In this document: positions 12,063-24,369 of the stretch, piece after piece
How positions within the stretch are numbered: position 1 is the stretch's first letter
Layout of the letters: the number at the start of each line of letters is the position of its first letter
Assembly (NCBI RefSeq): GCF_006345805.1
Contig: NC_043004.1
Span: 80,972,001-81,036,000, forward strand
Direction: 5' to 3'
Length of the DNA: 64,000 nt
Source: Octopus sinensis
Taxonomy: Eukaryota
Translations under genes and position numbers: made by a program
Notes under the pieces: generated by a model
Database searches by the model: none
Seen by the model: only the letters and a program-made list of their open reading frames with translations
What the model was told of the DNA's origin: nothing

Positions 12063-12290
12063 TTCTTTTATTCTTCTGCTTTTTCCAGCCATTGGTCTGT
12101 GGCCATGCTGGGGCAATGCCTTGAAGAATTGTAGTTTAATGAATCAACTCCAGTTTTATTTTTGTAAGCATTGTACTTATTCTATCTGTTTCCTTTGTCA
12201 AACCACTAGGTGACAGGGATGTAAACAAACCAACATTCGTTGTCAAGCAGTGGTGGAGGACAATCACAAGCACAGACACGCACACACACA
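12063..12290 (-). mobile_element. SINE family B, 3' half
   Basis: Reverse complement of CGCTTGACAACC...GATAGAATAAGTAC...CCAGCATGGCC. Confidence 0.75.
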
Positions 12291-12357
12291 CACACATACA
12301 TGCATACACATATAACACATACATACATACATATATATATATGTGTGTATATATTAT

Positions 12358-12610
12358 TGCAGCCTGGAAGGTGTTCTAAGCCATTTAAGAAACACACAAA
12401 AACCGTTACATTCACTTCAACATTTAATTTAATTTGCCAAAATATTTCGTCGCTTTGAGACCGCGACCTGTTCACTGACAAAATATCGTGCTAACAGGTC
12501 GCGGTCTCAAAGCGACGAAAATATTTTGACAAATTAAATTTAAATGTTGAAGTGAATCTAACGGTTTTTGTGTGTTCTTAAATGGCTTATAACACCTTCA
12601 ACGCGCTGCA
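12358..12610. repeat. Long near-perfect inverted repeat (~115-bp arms, 20-nt spacer) carrying a hammerhead-like motif
   Basis: 12358-12472 pairs with 12493-12610 (e.g. TTCGTCGCTTTGAGACCGCGACCTGTT / AACAGGTCGCGGTCTCAAAGCGACGAA). Confidence 0.93.
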
Positions 12611-12767
12611 ACTGTTTCGTTCCAGCACCGATCTCAGATCAAGTCACTTGCTATGCAAGTACATCTCTGTAACTATACATATTTATAATATATATATATG
12701 TATATTGGTAAAAACAGTAAGATAACAAAGAAAGAAAGAGACCTCAATATTATGTAAATAGAGGAAA

Positions 12768-13160
12768 TCTTTATATATAAAAGTGAGGTGTGTGTCTGTC
12801 TCCTACGATTTAGATTCCTAACTACTCCCACATTTTGCGGTGCAGTTTAACCAAAACCGGGTATCTTATAGTCGTGATTCATATCGAGACCGTCTGGGTA
12901 TTAGCGCGTGTCTACGATGAGTCTACGATTAAAAAAAAATTTACCATCAATTTTTCCCATTTTTAATCCATTTTTGACATATATAAGGGAAGTAACTCTC
13001 TAAAATTTATTATTAAATCTCAGAACGTAAAAAGCTACAGTAACACCCCTCCCCCTTTGTGGTTAGCCATATTGAGATGGCTATTATACTTTACATCTCT
13101 AAAAATGCTTATATAATTATTTCCCTTACAAACCCGAGCAACGCCGGGCGATACTGCTAG
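12768..13160 (+). mobile_element. Non-autonomous Helitron, 393 bp
   Basis: A|TCTTTATATATAAAAG 5' end; hairpin CCCG-AGCAACGC-CGGG at 13133-13148; CTAG|T 3' end; no TSD. Confidence 0.88.
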
Positions 13161-13201
13161 TTATTTAATGTCGACAACATAAAGTTACGAGCTTTTAATA
13201 G

Positions 13202-13333
13202 TTTCTAACTGTGGAGACACGTGTCTAGACAGGTTTTTATAACACACCCTGTGTCTCCAAGCAATCTTCAGGCTCGGAGACACAAGACGTGTTATAAAAG
13301 CCTGTCTAAACACGTGTCTTCACGGCTAGAAAT
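13202..13333. repeat. Imperfect palindrome / MITE-like hairpin (~130 bp)
   Basis: GACACGTGTCTAGACAGGTTTTTATAACAC...GTGTTATAAAAGCCTGTCTAAACACGTGTC, with an inner stem TGTGTCTCC/GGAGACACA. Confidence 0.8.
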
Positions 13334-13439
13334 CGTTAGTAGCTTATTTTTTATACTGTGCACATTAAATGGTATATATATATATATATGTGTGTGTGTG
13401 AGTGTGTGTGCGTGTGTGTGTGTGCGTGTGTGTGTGTGT

Positions 13440-13635
13440 GTGTGCGTGTGAATCATTGTGTTTGTCTTCCACCCCAGCTACTGCCTCGCAACCGGTGAGG
13501 ATTTGTTTACATCCCTGTAAATTAGCGGTCCGGCAAACGAGGACGATAGAACAAATGCCAGATTTTAAAAAAAGCAAGTACAGGGGCCGGTGTGTTCGGC
13601 AAAACCCTTCAAAATGGTGCCGCAGCATGACCGCA
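13440..13635 (+). mobile_element. SINE family B, 3' half, replacing the transposon 5' end
   Basis: TTAGCGGTCCGGCAAA...GATAGAA...GGTGCCGCAGCATGACCGCA. Confidence 0.7.
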
Positions 13636-14568
13636 ATCGATGAAAACCCCAGAAAATCAATGGGATCCATTGCTAAAGAACTTCAGGTGTCAGAGTAGTC
13701 TATCAAATCTGTGGTACATCGTGACGTTCGATACAAGTCCTATTTAATGAGGAAAGGTCAATTCGTGCCTGAAAAAGCACAGGGAAACCGTCTCATCCGT
13801 TCAAAACGGTTACTTAACAAAGTGAAAAACCCTCATGAAGAAGATATGCTTTGGTTTTTCTCTGACGAAAACAACTTTGACCAAGATCAAAAGTCTAACA
13901 GAAGAACTGACGTGTGATTATGCGCAGATCCTTCTGAAGTACCCAGAGTGATACACACGAAATTCCCAGTAACAGTAATGGTTTTAGGAGTGGTGAGTAG
14001 TGAAGGTCATGTGATGCCTTACCACTTTTTACCACAGGGTCTTAGAATTAATGCTGCAGGATACACTGAGGTACTGGAAACTGTTACCAAGCCCTGAATT
14101 GATGAAGTATGCAATGGAAGGCCATACATGTTTCAACAAGACTCAGCACCTTCTCACAAAGCCCTAGTCACCTAAGAATGGTTGTCAGAGAATCTTTACG
14201 ATTATGTAACACCCAATATGTGGCCTCCAAACTTGCCAGATTTGAACTCCATGGACTACTACATGTGGAGCGCTGTTGAAAGGGAGACTAATCGTCATCC
14301 TCATAATACCATAGCTTCACTGAAGGCCACCAATGTCCAGGTGATGTCCGAAAATAATAAGGACCATATAGCGTCAGCATACCAACGGTTTCGGTCCCAG
14401 AGTGAAGCAGTCATCGAAGCCGAAGGTGGTTCCATAGAATAATTTCCTTAAAGAATAATTATTAAGACTAATTGCACAGATGTTTATTCAAATTCATATT
14501 TTTTTAATGCTGAAATATAGCTATTTTATTATGTACCAAAACTGTCCCCAAGTACTCCTCGCATCCTG
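13636..14568 (+). pseudogene. maT-type DD37D transposase pseudogene with 3' TIR
   Basis: One frame with stops only: IDENPRKSM...WFFSDENNFDQD...VMVLGVVSSEG...FQQDSAPSH...WPPNLPDLNSMDYYMW...EAEGGSIE. I count 37 residues between the second and third D. It ends CATCCTG|TA. Confidence 0.92.
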
Positions 14569-14589
14569 TATTGTATATATTATTCTTAA

Positions 14590-14772
14590 CACGTCAAGGC
14601 AGGTTCAGACGTTAAATATGCTGGTCGGTATAATGTACGTAATCGGGATATAATTTCTCCGTTTTACGAGGACAGAGTGTTGAACACACTATCGCCGTAA
14701 AAAGATCATAACTACCCTATGACGTATAACACAGCGATCAACAGATTTTCCAACGGAACCTGCTTCGACGTG
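14590..14772. mobile_element. piggyBac-type MITE, 183 bp
   Basis: TTAA|CACGTCAAGGCAGGTTC ... GAACCTGCTTCGACGTG|TTAA: TIRs with a TTAA target duplication. Confidence 0.75.
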
Positions 14773-14995
14773 TTAAGAATGAACTTACAAATATTAATTC
14801 TAGATTTTGCTGTACACGTGGCAAATAACGGTTTTTTAATGATATATATATATATATATAATGTGTGTGTGTGTGTGTGTGTATGTGTACATACGTATTT
14901 ATGTATATGTATATGTATATGTATATATATATATATGAAACGGTGTTCTCATGTATATATATATATTAGAAATTAATATATATAAGAAATTAAAA

Positions 14996-15037
<42 letters not shown>

Positions 15038-15617
15038 CTGTGTTCTGATGTGTGTGTGTATATATATATAATAATATATATAATATATATATATGTTTGT
15101 GTCTGTCTGCATGTATGTACATATGCATATATATATATATTTGTAAACATGCGTAACCATACGCACGTATATTCGTCTCTATGTCTTGGGAAACACCAGC
15201 TTGCTTTACGAAGCAGCTTATGCTTGCACAAATTGTCCACTTCATACACACAACCCCGGCAGCTATTGCGGTTCTGAACTAATAACTACGAAGACAGCGT
15301 TCATGAGCAACGCTATTGCCAATAAGGAAAAAAATTCTTTGAAAAGTTCCTCAACCCCATCGAAATATGGAAGTTTGAAGAAACTTGGTCATTTTTCAAA
15401 ATTCACAACCTTATACACACATACGCATTTTGTGCATATTATATTATATATATATATATATATATAATATATATATATATTAATATATATATGTGATAGA
15501 TATTTAGATAATAGATTAATAGATAGATATACATACATAAAACATACACACACACACACATATATACCGGTATATGTACATTATGGTGCTTGTGCATAAG
15601 TGAGCGTGCCCGCATCC

Positions 15618-15692
<75 letters not shown>

Positions 15693-15832
15693 TAAGCATA
15701 CACTTAGATATGTATATATATACATGCATACACTCAGGTATAATATATGTATATATTATATATATAATATTATAATATATATATATGTAAATATATATAT
15801 ACATTAATACATACATTACATACATACATACA

Positions 15833-15932
15833 NNNNNNNNNNNNNNNNNNNNNNNNNNNNNNNNNNNNNNNNNNNNNNNNNNNNNNNNNNNNNNNNNNNN
15901 NNNNNNNNNNNNNNNNNNNNNNNNNNNNNNNN
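15833..15932. other. Assembly gap (100 N)
   Basis: Exactly 100 N between (TA/CA)n and (GTA/GTG)n tracts. Confidence 0.99.
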
Positions 15933-16090
15933 GTAGTATAGTAGTAGTAATAGTAGTAGTAGTAGTGGTGGTGGTGGTGGTAGTGGTAGCAGTAGTAGTA
16001 GTAATAAGCAGTAGTTAGTAGTGTGTGGGTGGTGGTGGTGGTGTGTAGTGGTAGCATAGTAAGTAAGTAATAGCAGTAGTAGTGGTTGTG

Positions 16091-16126
<36 letters not shown>

Positions 16127-16320
16127 GTAATATTTGTAGTGGTGGTGGTGCTGGTGCTGGTAGTAGTAGTAGTAGTAATGTTGGTGGTAGTAGTAGTTGT
16201 AGTCGTGGTGGTTGTGGCGATAGTAGTAGTAGTTGTGATGGTGGTGGTACTAATAGCAGTAGTGGTAGTATTAGTAGCAGTAGTAGTAGCAGTAACAACA
16301 GCAGCAACTGCGGCAGCAGC

Positions 16321-16365
<45 letters not shown>

Positions 16366-17156
16366 GTAGTGGTGTTGGTGGTAGTAGTAGTAGAAATTTT
16401 CATGGAACAGTAAATAGCATGAGAAAAATGTATTGCGATTATTATTAGTTACAATGTGTGGGGGGGATAGTGGTAGTGCATGGGTGTGTGTGTATGTGTG
16501 TATGTGAGTACGAGTGCTTGTGTGTTTGTGAGTGTAAATAAGTGTGTGTACGTTTGTATGTAGACCAGGTGTCCCTTATCCGGGTATGCGTGTAATAGCG
16601 ATGAATGTTTGCTTGTGTGTGTGAGTGTATGATGAGAGACATTGTGTATGTGTACGGGTGTGTATATATATGTGTGTGTGTGTGTGTGTTGTGCATGTAT
16701 ATATGCCCGTTAGTATCTGTATGTATTATAGTGTAGTGTAGGTATGTGTATGATAACGTGTGTGATACTGTGGGCGTGTGTGGTGATGTGTGCATGTGTG
16801 TGCGTCTATATATATAAATATATGTATATATACATATGCATATATCTATCTATATATATATATATATATACATATATAAGAGAGTGTGTATATATGTGTA
16901 TATGTATGTATACATACGTATATATGTGTGTTTGTGTGTGTATGTGCGTATCTATACATATATTTGTATATGTATGTATATACATATGTGTATATATGTA
17001 TATATGCATGTATACATACGTATATATATATACATATATATATATATATGATATATATATATATATATACATATGTATATCTATATATATACATGTATAT
17101 GCATATATGTATGTATATATATATATATAACGGGAAGCTTACGAAAATAAACAAGC

Positions 17157-17204
<48 letters not shown>

Positions 17205-17727
17205 GTATGTATATGTATATATATGTGTATATATACGTGTGTGTGTGCGTATTTGTGTTTGTAGATGCAGTAGTAAATTCCTTTATTTAATTTCTTTGGT
17301 GTGTTTTTCTTTTAAATGAACCGAGTTTTATTCAAACTGTTTCAAATAAATTCTATTACAGGGCAATTTGCATAAAATAATCAGTCTCATTGTTATAGAC
17401 AAATTGTTGGAGACAAAATTCACTGGCTTTTCGCATATTTAATGGGATGCGTGCAGGTGTACTTAAGTAAGAGCCAGCGGAGAATTACACACACACAAAC
17501 ATACACACCCGCATAGTACTACATGTTTGTTTGCATTATATGCATGTATGTTCATGTATATATATATATATATGTGTGTGTGTTGTGTGTGTGTGTACAT
17601 ATATGTTTATTCGTGTAAATAGATGTGTGTTTATATATGTGACCGTGTGCCCCAGCACAGCCAGAACTTCTCATTGAAACCAATACGAGAATAAAAGATT
17701 TGCATATATACATACATGTATACATAC

Positions 17728-17847
<120 letters not shown>

Positions 17848-17848
17848 T

Positions 17849-17916
<68 letters not shown>

Positions 17917-19534
17917 TAGATATAGATATAAACAGATACATATAGGGAAAGTTTACGAAAAAAACAAAAGACGAAGACAGGTAGTGTACAAAACAAGCAG
18001 ATGTATTAGTACAACGCTCAGGAATAGAAAAAGTATTTTACGTTTTGAGTCTACGCTCTTCTACAGAAAGTTACACAGAAAAAACAAGCAGAGAATCCAA
18101 GGAGAGTAAAAATGTGTGTAGTGGCTATACATATATGCATATATATATATATATATATATATAATGTGATGGTAGGATCAAGTTTTAGTTCATTATGTAA
18201 TATGGTTTGTGCCTGATGATTGTGCGGCGGTGTTACATATGTTATAATCCATTTGGCATGCTCTAAACACAAGAAACTAATAGTAACACATAAAAACAGT
18301 GTGTCTATTAAATAATATTATGTGTGAGTGTGCGTGTGTGTATCACGGACGTGCCGGCTAAGTTTTCCAAGGTAGGTATCGCCTTACCTTGAATAAAATA
18401 GATCGATGGCAACATTTTCCTTTTATGGCAAAATATGCACCTAATTCAATAAAATTATGAAGGTACTCTGACTATTATGCATAAAATGCAATTTTTTTCT
18501 TGTAGATTAGGTAAGCATAATTCGCCTATGCTTTTTAGTCTCAGAATTTAAGCTACGCATAGTACTGCTGTAGTACACATGCTGCGTACACTCCTACAAC
18601 ACCGTTTTCTTGACGTGCTATAAAGGCAGAAGTAAATCTACCTTCAACTCAGTGGCGCGCCTGTATTTCGCTTAACTTTTGTGTATTTTACTACATAAAG
18701 ATCAACTGCCTGCCCTGAGTAATTACTGACGGTACGTGCCTAACATATATACTATACATATATACCAAAATATACACTCATGTGTAGGTATATACGTCTG
18801 TATAAACATATACATGCATGTTTCCTCCAATAAGTATAAGTGCGAAAGAAAATCGGAGAGCAAATTCTGTTTAATACTTGAATGGAATTGGAATATCCAT
18901 GTATCTCTCTCGAGTTCTAAGCATTGGCTAACCGTTATGCTATCTCATTCGAAACGACTATACACCGGGTATTTATATGAAATACATTTTTTGCAGCCCT
19001 TAAAAGGAAGAAACCAGTTTAGTTTCATTCCCATTTTGTGGATATTATATCGGCGACTGGTGGATATCGCGTTGGCCTCGGAGACATTGGTTGTATCATC
19101 ACTAAGAATTTTAGTAAACGGGAAAATCCAATTTGCACATATAATGCATTCTTGTCAGCTAGATTAGTAAATCATTGTTGACTTTACAATGATTTGCTAC
19201 AATGCTATACGTTGCTACAGAATATAACAATAAATTATTGCAAGACTATGTAACAAAGATATATAAACATTATGTCTATGTATAGAATATCTGCATGGGC
19301 AGAAAATTTCAGGTGGAAATCATTCGAAAAGGTGTTTATTTAATCATAGCCCACGCTATGATTAAATAATAATAGCCACGCTTTGATTAAACAATAACAT
19401 CAACAAGTATCATACACAGACAAAGGTAAAGACATAGACATGCCTACAGGTAAACATATACGCATAATGGTGGACGCTCGTAGTCCGAGAAAGTCGTGTC
19501 TGCTTGTTGAATAACCTGCACAAAGGATTTGTTT

Positions 19535-19731
19535 ATTAGCTGTGTGGTAAGAAGCTTGCTTCCCAACCACATGGTTCCTGGTTCAGTCCTGCTGCGTAGC
19601 ACCTTGGACAAGTGTCTTCTACTAGACGGAAACTGAAAGAAGCCCGTCGTATATATATATATATATATATATATATGTGCGTGTGTGTGTGTATATATAT
19701 ATATATGTGTGCGTGTGTGTGTGTGTATGTG

Positions 19732-19791
<60 letters not shown>

Positions 19792-19880
19792 GTGTCTGTG
19801 TTTGTCCCCCCACTATCACTTGACAACCGATGCTGGTTTGTTTGCATCTCCGAAACTTAGCGGTTCAACAAAAATAGACT
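19535..19880 (+). mobile_element. SINE family B with internal (TA)/(TG) expansion
   Basis: GCTGTGTGGTAAGAAGCTTGC head, GGTTCAGTCC B-box-like region, AAAGAAGCCCGTCG followed by a microsatellite, then the TTGACAACCGATG tail. Confidence 0.85.
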
Positions 19881-20815
19881 GATTCCGAAAGAATGTCAAT
19901 TGAATTTGATTGACGTTAGCTTGATTTGAACTCAGAACACAGAGAGCTAGAAGTGATACCACAATACATCCAATCCGACGCTATGAGGTCGCAAATTAAC
20001 TCACCGTCTTTGTACACCATTTGAGTATGTAAAAAAATCAAAATTGGGTGGACTGCCATGATAGGAAGGATTTTGACCATTCAGCTAGTTGATTCTATTG
20101 TTGTGAATTAGCAGAATCGTTAGAGAGTTAGATATATTCAGTTACAGCATTTGAACGGTCTGAGTTCAAAACCCCGCCAGGCCATCATTCTTTTTCATCC
20201 TTCTGACAATCGATAAAAGAATATACCAGTCAATTACTGGTGTACATTTAATATTTTTATAAAGCAGCTTAGATGTGAGAAGAGTGGAAATTTTAACGTT
20301 GGTTTTCATACCGGATTAGATGGATAAGTGTGAAGTATGTTAGATGTGAATAAATGTATAATAGAAGACTATGGCTTAACTTCAACATTCATCTCTACAG
20401 GGGTCGATAAAATAACAGACGAGGCAACTGCTGGGGTAGACGTAAAATTGTTATAAATTGTTGTAGATGTCAATGAAACTATAACAGAAAGCAAAGACAA
20501 CTTTCCACGGTCTGTTAAAATAAAGGATCCGTCAAGTACTGAAGTACATAGAATATGTGCTGAAGTACATATTGTACTCTATATGTGAATGGAAAGCTCA
20601 GTTTAATCTATCGAACTTTCAGAGCCTGATTAGAGAAAAGTACCAGTTATTTACTGGGGTAGGTTTAATTTCACATTCCAATTTCCTACTGTGGATGTGA
20701 ATGGAATTATTATAATAGAAGACGGAAACACATCTTAACCTGTCTACCTTCCAGGCGCTGATAAAATAGAGTACCAATCACGTACGGAAATAAGATTTAT
20801 ATTCTTATAAAATTG

Positions 20816-21335
20816 AAGGTGGCGAGCTGGCAGAATCCTTAGAACGCCAGGCAAATGCTTATCGGCATTTCATGTCTTTACGTTCTGTGTTATGAGATAT
20901 GAAGTCGTTTGATCCAAGATGGGAGGAGGTAGCAAACGATCGCCCGCGCTGGAGGCAAATACAGCGAAAGGGGATGAAGCGAGAGGAAGAAAAACACGAA
21001 CTTGTCCCCAAGGAAAAGCGCACTCGACGAAAGGATAAACCAGTAGGGCCGGCAGACTGTTCCTTCAAATGCAGTCACTGTATACGTGAGTGTTACTCTC
21101 ATGGAGGGCCTCTCCAACCGCAGCAGGCACTGAACCCCCATCAACAAGTGAAGCAATTTTTTCGGGTGCAGATCCATGATCTCTCGTGAGTTCAAATACC
21201 GCCGAGGTCAACTTTGCCTTTCATCGTCATCCTTTCGAGGTCGGTAAAATAAATACCAGTTAAATACTGGGGTCAATAAACTCGACCCTCCCCTACCCCG
21301 AAATTGCTGGCTTTGTGCCAAAATTTGAAATCGAT
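20816..21335 (+). mobile_element. SINE family A interrupted by an RTE fragment
   Basis: The head runs to TACGTTCTG (20889) and resumes at TGAGTTCAAA (21187). Confidence 0.85.
20890..21186 (+). mobile_element. RTE-clade LINE 3' fragment with C-terminal Cys/His finger
   Basis: RWEEVANDRPRWRQ...EKRTRRK...FKCSHCIRECYSH matches RTE ends (WE..A.DR..WR; C..C.R.C.S). Confidence 0.8.
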
Positions 21336-22284
21336 GTTCCTATACATGTACCCTGAACGTGAAAGGAATTATTTTTATAAGACAATGATTAGCAATGCTT
21401 AAACAACAACGACGCCTACGCGAAAGTTTCCGAGTAGTTGTTCGGCATGCTAAAAATAACAGCCAAATCTCGCTCGAGCCATTCCTTGTCATTTTACAAA
21501 AAAACATAACAATGGCTAATATAGTCATATGTGCACAATACCTGAAAATAAATTGCACTATTGTATGATCGCAGCTGGATTTCTTTTTGATCATATTTTT
21601 TACATCATGACTGACCTGGGGCTAAAAGCAGAAATGCTTGTTGATCTTCAGTATGGCTTTTTGCTGTTATTGTTGTTGTTGTTGTTTTGTTGTTGTTGTT
21701 GATGCTTTTTTTGTTTGTTTGTTTCTTTTTTCTATTTTTTCTTCCCACGGTCGTCCAAAAATACACAGCTGAACATAGCTCATTCCCTCATTAAAGAGTC
21801 TCATTTACTTGCTCGGACATGTGTTTATATTTATCAAACGTAATCATGTCATTATTGTAATTATCAGAAAAGAAAAACAACAACAATACCTAAAAACATA
21901 CAGAAATTCTAAACAATAACAAAAAAACAAATATCCGCATATTATAAAAACACAAAACAAAACAAATGCAAATCTCAATTGTTGTAATTCTTGAATAATT
22001 GCGACAAGTTCTATTATGGTAATAGCCTAGTGTTGATCAAATACTTTGTATGACATTGTTAATAATCGTGGGAAGCAAAAAGGCATGAACGTAACAAATT
22101 CTTATTAACTGTGGTCTATAATTCTAGAGTTTCATATCCACGTGAGCATAACAAAATATTAATCCATCCATTAATTCATTAATCCATTAATATCCATTAA
22201 TCCATTTATTATTGAAATATTTCAGTAGAAAGATCCGAAGAAACTAGTTCTAGTCTGTGTATATGTATGTATCTGGAGGTTTGT

Positions 22285-22430
22285 GGGTGCTTAGCCTAGT
22301 AGTTACGGTGTGGTACACGCGATCGTGGGATCGAAGTTTCAATTCATGGACAGGGTGACACGTTGTGATTTTTCAACAAAACATTTCATCACACGCCGAT
22401 CACTTCGACACCTGACACCTGGTACACCGT
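22285..22430 (+). mobile_element. tRNA-derived SINE head (family D-like), degenerate
   Basis: TAGCCTAGTAGTTA A-box-like and GAAGTTTCAATTC B-box-like motifs. Confidence 0.5.
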
Positions 22431-22890
22431 GCACGTCAAAAAATCCGGTAATACCAGATCTTCTGCTGACTGGGTCCATGGGGTAAAAACAGCTTTTGAC
22501 CCCCACCCAGTCAACCGCAGGCATAATCTTTGCATTCAGTAGTATGGTGTTACTGCTGCCCAGACCCCGGCGGATAGTCTCCTCTATCCACTCGGACTCA
22601 ATTCCGGGTGGTAGCCCACTCACCCAAGCTCTCGTTAATTTTCGCCCACCGTATGTGGGGAGAAAAAATCTTATCCCCTTCTACCGGTTAGCACGCAAAC
22701 TTTTGTGCCTCCGTAGGGGTGTTAAAAAGCACACACACACAGTTCTATACTTTGCTTCCCTACGGATAAATTTAAAAGTTGGCAGGTACTCTGTCAACTT
22801 TTTCTCAATCTCAGGCTGAAAGAACACAGCGATGGTTTGAAAGACCCTTAACACCACCGTTCTCTCAGTATAATTTTAGAGCCATTCTTT
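22430..22890 (-). pseudogene. Degenerate LINE ORF1-like (RRM-type, L1/Tx1-like) coding relic
   Basis: Reconstruction across frameshifts: NYTERTVVLRVFQT...EKKLTEYLPTFKFIRREAKYRTVCVC-NTPTEAQKFAC*PVEGDKIF-LPTYGGRKLTRAWVSGLPPGIESEWIEETIRRGLG. The family assignment is inferred. Confidence 0.5.
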
Positions 22891-23914
22891 GGGGGCCACA
22901 ATTCGCCACTCCAAAGCAGTATTATTTGTTGCCATTTTTTAAAAATCAAATAAAAATAAAATGTTCCAAAAATCAAAAAGTCCAAAATGTTCACATAAAA
23001 GTCAATAATAAGACACAAAGAAGGAACAGAAAGACAGACGAGAGAAAAAGAGTGAAGGAAGACAGTTCAACTGGCAACAAAATTCTGCTACCCAGGTAAT
23101 CCACAATTCGCAGTTCTCCGTCGCAGCACAAAAATTAAATTCTTGCCGTCTTTGCACTCTTTGCCTGAATGGTAAATCCAAATGTAATTCCCGGCACGAA
23201 CGCAGTCAAGAAAAAGACAATTTTCACAAACAAAAATTTTTCCGGAAGGAATACACCTCCCAAAAACACAATTCTCACTGTAAAGTGACTCTTTTCGGAG
23301 GACCACAGGCAGGTAAATGCCGGAACAGAGTGAAGACTTGCTCAACAAAAATTATTAATTAGAGAGCAGCAAACTCCACTAAGCCCCCCCCACCCCAAAA
23401 CAAAGCAGACGCCTACCTGTAGTCGTGCTTCAAATGTTCAATTTTTCACGTCGAGAGACGTGACTTCCAAGCATTATGAAAAAATGCGAACTCTTCTGTA
23501 GTAAGGTAAGCAAGCTACTTTATTACATTAAATTTGTCATCAAGGCAGTACATAGATTAGGTAGCTTTGTGGGCTGGATAAGACATTAATGAAATGAATG
23601 ATAACGATGCAAGGGTGATAAAGATGGGAGAAGACAGAAAGCGCCCGCCGAGCCTCTGCTTCTCTATAACATTGTTCTTTAAAAAATCATTACATGAGGC
23701 AATGAACCTCTTACAAAACTGACAGCAGTATTAATCTACAAATATAAAATTTGCATATTTCGGCGTTAAGCCTATTCTTCATTCGCCCCCGACCAAGCTG
23801 TAAGCTGCTCATAAGTACTGCTCCGGACCCGGTCGGGGGCCCAAAACTCGATTCTGAAAAGAAAGCATTATTTTAACATGGCGCACGAACATTTTTTTTC
23901 AACCTAATAATAAT

Positions 23915-24300
23915 AACAATTCTTTCTCCTGGAAGCACACAGCCTCAAGTTTTGGGGAAAGGGATTAAGTCGATTACATCGATCCCAGTGCGTAACTGCT
24001 ACTCATAAATCGACCCTGAAAGGAGGAAAGGAAAAGTCGACCGCGGCGGAATTTGAACTCAGAACGTAGCGGCAGTTGAAATAATTATTTCTTTACTACC
24101 CACATGAGGCTAAACACAGAGGGGAAAAACAAGGACAGACAAACGGATAAAGTCGATTATATCGACCCCAGTGTGTAACTGGTACTTATTTAATCGACAC
24201 CGAAAGGATGAAAGGCAAAGTCGACCTCGGTGGAATTTGAACTCATAATGCAGCGGCAGTCGAAATACCGGTAAGCATTTCACCCGGCCAACTCGCCGCC
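23915..24300 (-). mobile_element. SINE family A dimer (alpha tail then beta tail)
   Basis: Two bodies separated by the AAACACAGAGG/GGACAGACAAACGG tail. Confidence 0.88.

Positions 24301-24369
<69 letters not shown>

Noticed and set aside
15180-15420. Possible Penelope GIY-YIG coding relic on the minus strand (LPYF, GVVYEV)
   Set aside because: The motifs are too short and broken to support a call without a profile search.
18490-18516. 5-nt microexon (TTTCTTGTAG|ATTAG|GTAAGC)
   Set aside because: There is no supporting gene context, and such motifs are expected by chance in 64 kb of AT-rich DNA.
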